IMG/VR virus record: IMGVR_UViG_3300003323_001224
Location: 1-64,000 of that record
Origin: a virus
Length of the DNA stretch: 64,000 nucleotides
Reading direction: 5' to 3' (one strand)
Part shown: piece after piece, positions 60,276 to 64,000 of the stretch
Position numbering within the stretch: position 1 is the first letter of the stretch
Layout: each line of letters opens with the position of its first letter
The notes under the pieces: generated by a model
What the model was told of the DNA's origin: nothing
The model's input: the letters and a program-made list of their open reading frames with translations, nothing else
Databases searched by the model: none
Program-made: the position numbers and the translations under genes

Positions 60276-60768
60276 AGTCCTTTTTCTTCACCTTGTATTT
60301 CGAAGCTTTCTTCTCATTTCTCTTTACTTCGTCCAAAACCCTTTTTATATTCACTCCCATTAGCTCCATTCTCTGTATGGTATATTCGTTACTGTATATC
60401 TTTTTCTGTTTTATTAGGCGCTCAATCTCCTTTAACCAAATATGCAATGGACGATCTTTTTTCCATTGATTACAACCATAGCAGCAATCTACCCTATTTT
60501 CCTTATGATCCAGGCCTCCGCGCGACAAGGGAACCACATGATCCTTTGTTCTATCTAATCCAAAGTCATCAAAATTGCGCCTGCAATATCTACACGTGGC
60601 TTTAAACTTCTTCTGTGCTATCTGCTGGCCTTCTTTTGCTCTTTTTTGTAAATGCACTGCAATATATTCATCGAAAGACATAATCTTTTTAGGCCATTTT
60701 TCGATGAATTCAATCATGTACTTATGAAGGATTTTTAGCTTTCGTGCAGGACTGATTGCGGTACTCAT
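60274..60768 (-). CDS. HNH endonuclease
   Basis: CRYC..TKDHVVPLSRGG..N..CCYGCN..K. Confidence 0.85.
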   Translation of the reverse strand: MSTAISPARKLKILHKYMIEFIEKWPKKIMSFDEYIAVHLQKRAKEGQQIAQKKFKATCRYCRRNFDDFGLDRTKDHVVPLSRGGLDHKENRVDCCYGCNQWKKDRPLHIWLKEIERLIKQKKIYSNEYTIQRMELMGVNIKRVLDEVKRNEKKASKYKVKKKD

Positions 60769-61237
60769 ATATTATCCCCTTCCTTTCTATTACACGGCGG
60801 TAACTTTACGCCGGTGTATTTCACAAGCGATCCTCCTTTCTCTTTATAGCCTACAACAGAATGAGCTGAGCCAATACCATTATAACGTTTTTGATAACGC
60901 TCCAAGTCACAATATATACATATACCTGATCTTGTTTCCTTATTCGCAGCAACTTTTTTCCAAGGACTATTCTTAAAGACATGTCCATTTACCACCAGCG
61001 GTTTCTTCCGTGCTTTGACTTCGGGAAATGTTGGGAGTGCAGTTAAAGTGCAGATAGGCAGCGGTTGCTTAATGCGCGGCACCCAGTCGCTTCCAGGCAT
61101 AATTATACATTGCGCTGCCCCTTTGCTTCCGTTTTTGCTTCCACATGCCGCAATTACATTTATAAATAATGGAGCCTTTAATCACCTGTTCTTCAGGAGG
61201 CGCCTGCGTCCAGCTATGGCTGATAGCTCTGCTCTGC

Positions 61238-61636
61238 TTACGGAGTATCGGTCTTTGCATCTGGTGCTGTTGTAATGTCTGGTAATAGGTTTAATGCAAA
61301 CTTCAATGCTTCTTCCATGCCCATTTCGTAGTTATTAAATACAGGTGTGTTATTTATTTTATTATGATGCAGAATCACTCCATAGAATCCAAATTCAAAC
61401 CCCTTGTTCGTGACGAAATTCTCCCAGTCTGGTTCAACCCATACATAAATTTTATGCCCTTCCCTCAACCACCTGGCCAATAGCGTCTGCGTGATGCCGG
61501 CCATTTCAGACATGATCACCTCTCCAGACGATTGACGCACGAGGACGGGACCTACGAAAGAAACCAGCTTACAGCCTTTCCTTGCGGCTAATAACTGCGT
61601 CTCCCTGGTGACTGCTTCATCTTTTAGTTTGTGCAT
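61238..61636 (-). CDS. phage paralog family member 1
   Basis: ETQLLAARKG..TQTLLARWLRE.H..YE..EEAL..ALNLLPD. Confidence 0.6.
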   Translation of the reverse strand: MHKLKDEAVTRETQLLAARKGCKLVSFVGPVLVRQSSGEVIMSEMAGITQTLLARWLREGHKIYVWVEPDWENFVTNKGFEFGFYGVILHHNKINNTPVFNNYEMGMEEALKFALNLLPDITTAPDAKTDTP

Positions 61637-61640
61637 GTTA

Positions 61641-61874
61641 TCATTTTGAATAACCTAAGAGATCATTTGGTGTGCAATGAAAGATATCACATAATATTAT
61701 TAAGCTGGTAATCGAAGGATGACGGATTGATTTTTCATTTTCCCAGTTATGTATATCACCCTTACTCGTATTAAGCTTGCCTGCCAATTCTTCCAGGGTA
61801 TATTCATACATTTTCCTATACATTTTAATGTTACGCGCTAATACTACATTTAATCTATCATCAACGCTATACAT
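61641..61874 (-). CDS. Xre-family HTH regulator
   Basis: NIKMYRK..TLEELA..IHNWE..PSI..L.DIF. Confidence 0.8.
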   Translation of the reverse strand: MYSVDDRLNVVLARNIKMYRKMYEYTLEELAGKLNTSKGDIHNWENEKSIRHPSITSLIILCDIFHCTPNDLLGYSK

Positions 61875-61970
61875 CGAGTTTACTGAATTTAAAATGAATA
61901 TCCATTTTCAACCAAAAGGAGCGCATAGTAACCGTTCCCGTATATGATTTCATTTACTTGCCAGTCTGTG

Positions 61971-62456
61971 CTATGCATCAGGTAATAAATTTAAAGCTTT
62001 CTGAATAGCTACCTCCCGCGCCATTTCAAACGTTTCATATCGTGTTTGATACAATGGCGTTTTAGGATCTACATTATCCAAAGCAAAAGCTACCGCCAGG
62101 TATCCGGATATGAGATTTTCTTTGAGTATAGGGGCCTGTCCTGAAATAATCCTATGCTTCTCTCTGAGCCAGCGTTCGATGAGATCTTGGGTAGGGCGCC
62201 CGTAAATGTAAAGCGGCAATTTGGAATTTTGTGTTTTATGTGATTCGATTTCAATTTTCATTGCCTCAATTGTTTCCCTATCTCTATTACCTGCTTCCAC
62301 GATTTCAAAGGCTCTTGTTACTAATTGATTGATAGTTGGTTCTCCTATTGCACGAGGAGGTTGTGTGTCTGCGTAAAAAACATTTCTGCACACTTCATCA
62401 AACCCTTTGCGCCTTGCAAGGACAGCTGTTTCAAATGATACCAATTCTTCATGCAT
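61971..62456 (-). CDS. phage paralog family member 2
   Basis: LVSFETAVLARRKGFDE..PTQDLIERWLRE..ALNLLPDA. Confidence 0.6.
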   Translation of the reverse strand: MHEELVSFETAVLARRKGFDEVCRNVFYADTQPPRAIGEPTINQLVTRAFEIVEAGNRDRETIEAMKIEIESHKTQNSKLPLYIYGRPTQDLIERWLREKHRIISGQAPILKENLISGYLAVAFALDNVDPKTPLYQTRYETFEMAREVAIQKALNLLPDA

Positions 62457-62996
62457 CCGGTAACAAATTTAAAGCGTGTTGTAAAGCGGCTTCGCGGGCC
62501 AGTTCGTGAGTATCGAATCTAATACCATTAAATACCATATTAGATAATTCAGTTCCGATCCTGTCATAAACATTTGCCGAAAATTGTGGCGGAACAGGAC
62601 GTCCTAATGTATCATTCCATCCAGGATAGCGGACCATCCAGGATAGCGGACCATCATTATATCTATCCCATGTACCTCCCTCAACCACCTCTCCAGCAGG
62701 TCCTGGGTGGGACGTGCGTATAGCCAGGGAGGGAGCAACAAATTTTTGAATGATGGGAGTTTAAATACTTTCTCAGCTAAACCTAGTGCATTGCGCGTAG
62801 GCTCATCTAAATTTCTTGCATATTCATAATACATTTCATTTGGTGGTGCGTAATTATTCCCTTCAGCAGATATTTCTTTAGGCCCATATATCTTGCCATT
62901 AAACTCATAATACTCCCATCCTTGCCTACACGGCTCATCAAAACCCTTCTTTCGTGCAAGGATGGCGGTCGGATAGGTGATTAGTTCTTCAGTCAT
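62449..62996 (-). pseudogene. phage paralog family member 3, frameshifted by a 17-bp tandem duplication
   Basis: CCATCCAGGATAGCGGA occurs twice at 62617-62650; removing one copy gives a 531-nt intact frame. Confidence 0.75.
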
Positions 62997-62998
62997 GA

Positions 62999-63718
62999 TT
63001 AATTATTTTCTGGTTTATCTCCTGCTATCATCACATATCTATGAAACGTGTGCTTCGGCGATTCAGTCATTATAGTGGTAATTTTATGCTTTATCGGTTC
63101 ACAAGTCCCCACATATTCCCGTAGCGCTTCCGCCGTTTCAAGATCATTAAGCATCACAATCTTAATAAAATATTCTATCAGGTTGGCCAGTCGTAAAGGT
63201 ATGACATCCCCTCTATCATAAAAATCAAGAAGATCTTCTTTAAATACACCACAATATAAAAACTCCCAATTGTCATATCCATTCATCTTTTCTTGCCCAA
63301 AGGAAAGGACGAACCGCCGAAAAATATCCAAATCTTTTTCTTGTATCATGCATCAGTTTTTAGGCGTTCGGTAATATCTCAATCGTAATTCACGCTTCGT
63401 ATCATCTGTTCGGCGCTCTTCCGGCGTCATGGCTACATAGGCATCAAACCAATCTGCCAATTCTTTTCCCTTCTTATTGATATAGTCTAATATTGCCTGT
63501 GCGGAAAACAACTTTTCACAGACCATCAGGTCCATCAGATATTCAATAGTAAGGGCCATGTCTTTTGAATATGCCGAGCGTACCTTTGCCGTTAGTGCCG
63601 CATCCGGACCGGTGAAGATCAGTAAGTGGATCCTCTCCAGCTGTTCACGCGTCAGATCCTTGTGGTCGAACTTAGCAAAGAGCTGCTGCAAGGCTTGTAC
63701 TTCGGTTTCATTGATCAT
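62999..63718 (-). CDS. two related hypothetical ORFs (62999-63349, 63353-63718)
   Basis: Co-oriented; similar LIEYF/TIEYL..A.A...Y segments. Confidence 0.5.
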
Positions 63719-64000
63719 AGTAAGGAATTTAAAAAGGCCCTGATAGATATCGGGGCCGGATTGCTTTACAAAACTTCTAACTGTTTGAATAAAAATAATG
63801 ATTATTCTTTAATATCAAATAAATTTATTAAAAGGGGCTTCCCGTTTTCCCAGCGGTATTGGTTCTGGAGTTCGTGGAGATAGCGGATGGCGATGATGTT
63901 ATAATGCATGTTTTTGGGCCTTACGAAATCGTAGGCGCCAAAGTTAAAAACTAAGCCATCTAAATCGCTTTTCTTTTCAGTGGGTTTGTAACATTTCTTA

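Noticed and set aside
1-64000. Genome-wide stop-codon reassignment as in some crAss-like phages
   Set aside because: Standard-code ORFs are long and densely packed, and TAG and TGA terminate genes normally

Overview
The whole window reads as a temperate Bacteroidota phage, probably with a Chitinophagaceae-like host. It has a crAss-like podovirus structural module: ring/tail proteins, muzzle, ejection proteins, TerL, HNH, portal, scaffold and major capsid protein. It also carries a glycosyltransferase/methyltransferase cluster, a lysis cassette with a stand-alone PAS protein, about 10 tRNA or tRNA-like genes, a tyrosine integrase with a probable tRNA-Met attP, a CI/Cro-like switch, and a replication module (SSAP, VRR-NUC, primase-helicase). 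Two loci stand out. (1) A nuclease-dead, C-terminally truncated Cas12f-like gene (45920-47014) is followed by a candidate tracrRNA and a ~34-repeat CRISPR array with 36-nt repeats and ~30-nt spacers; there is no cas1/cas2 in the window. Two spacers match this phage's own terminase and a structural gene at 28/30 and 27/30, with all mismatches in the 5' half of the guide. This suggests RNA-guided, non-cleaving interference against sibling phages. (2) An uncharacterised helical protein gene (48459-49250) is followed by a ~320-nt candidate ncRNA with hexamer AGC repeats and a circularly permuted tRNA-like domain. All family calls come from motif recognition by eye; no database searches were run.
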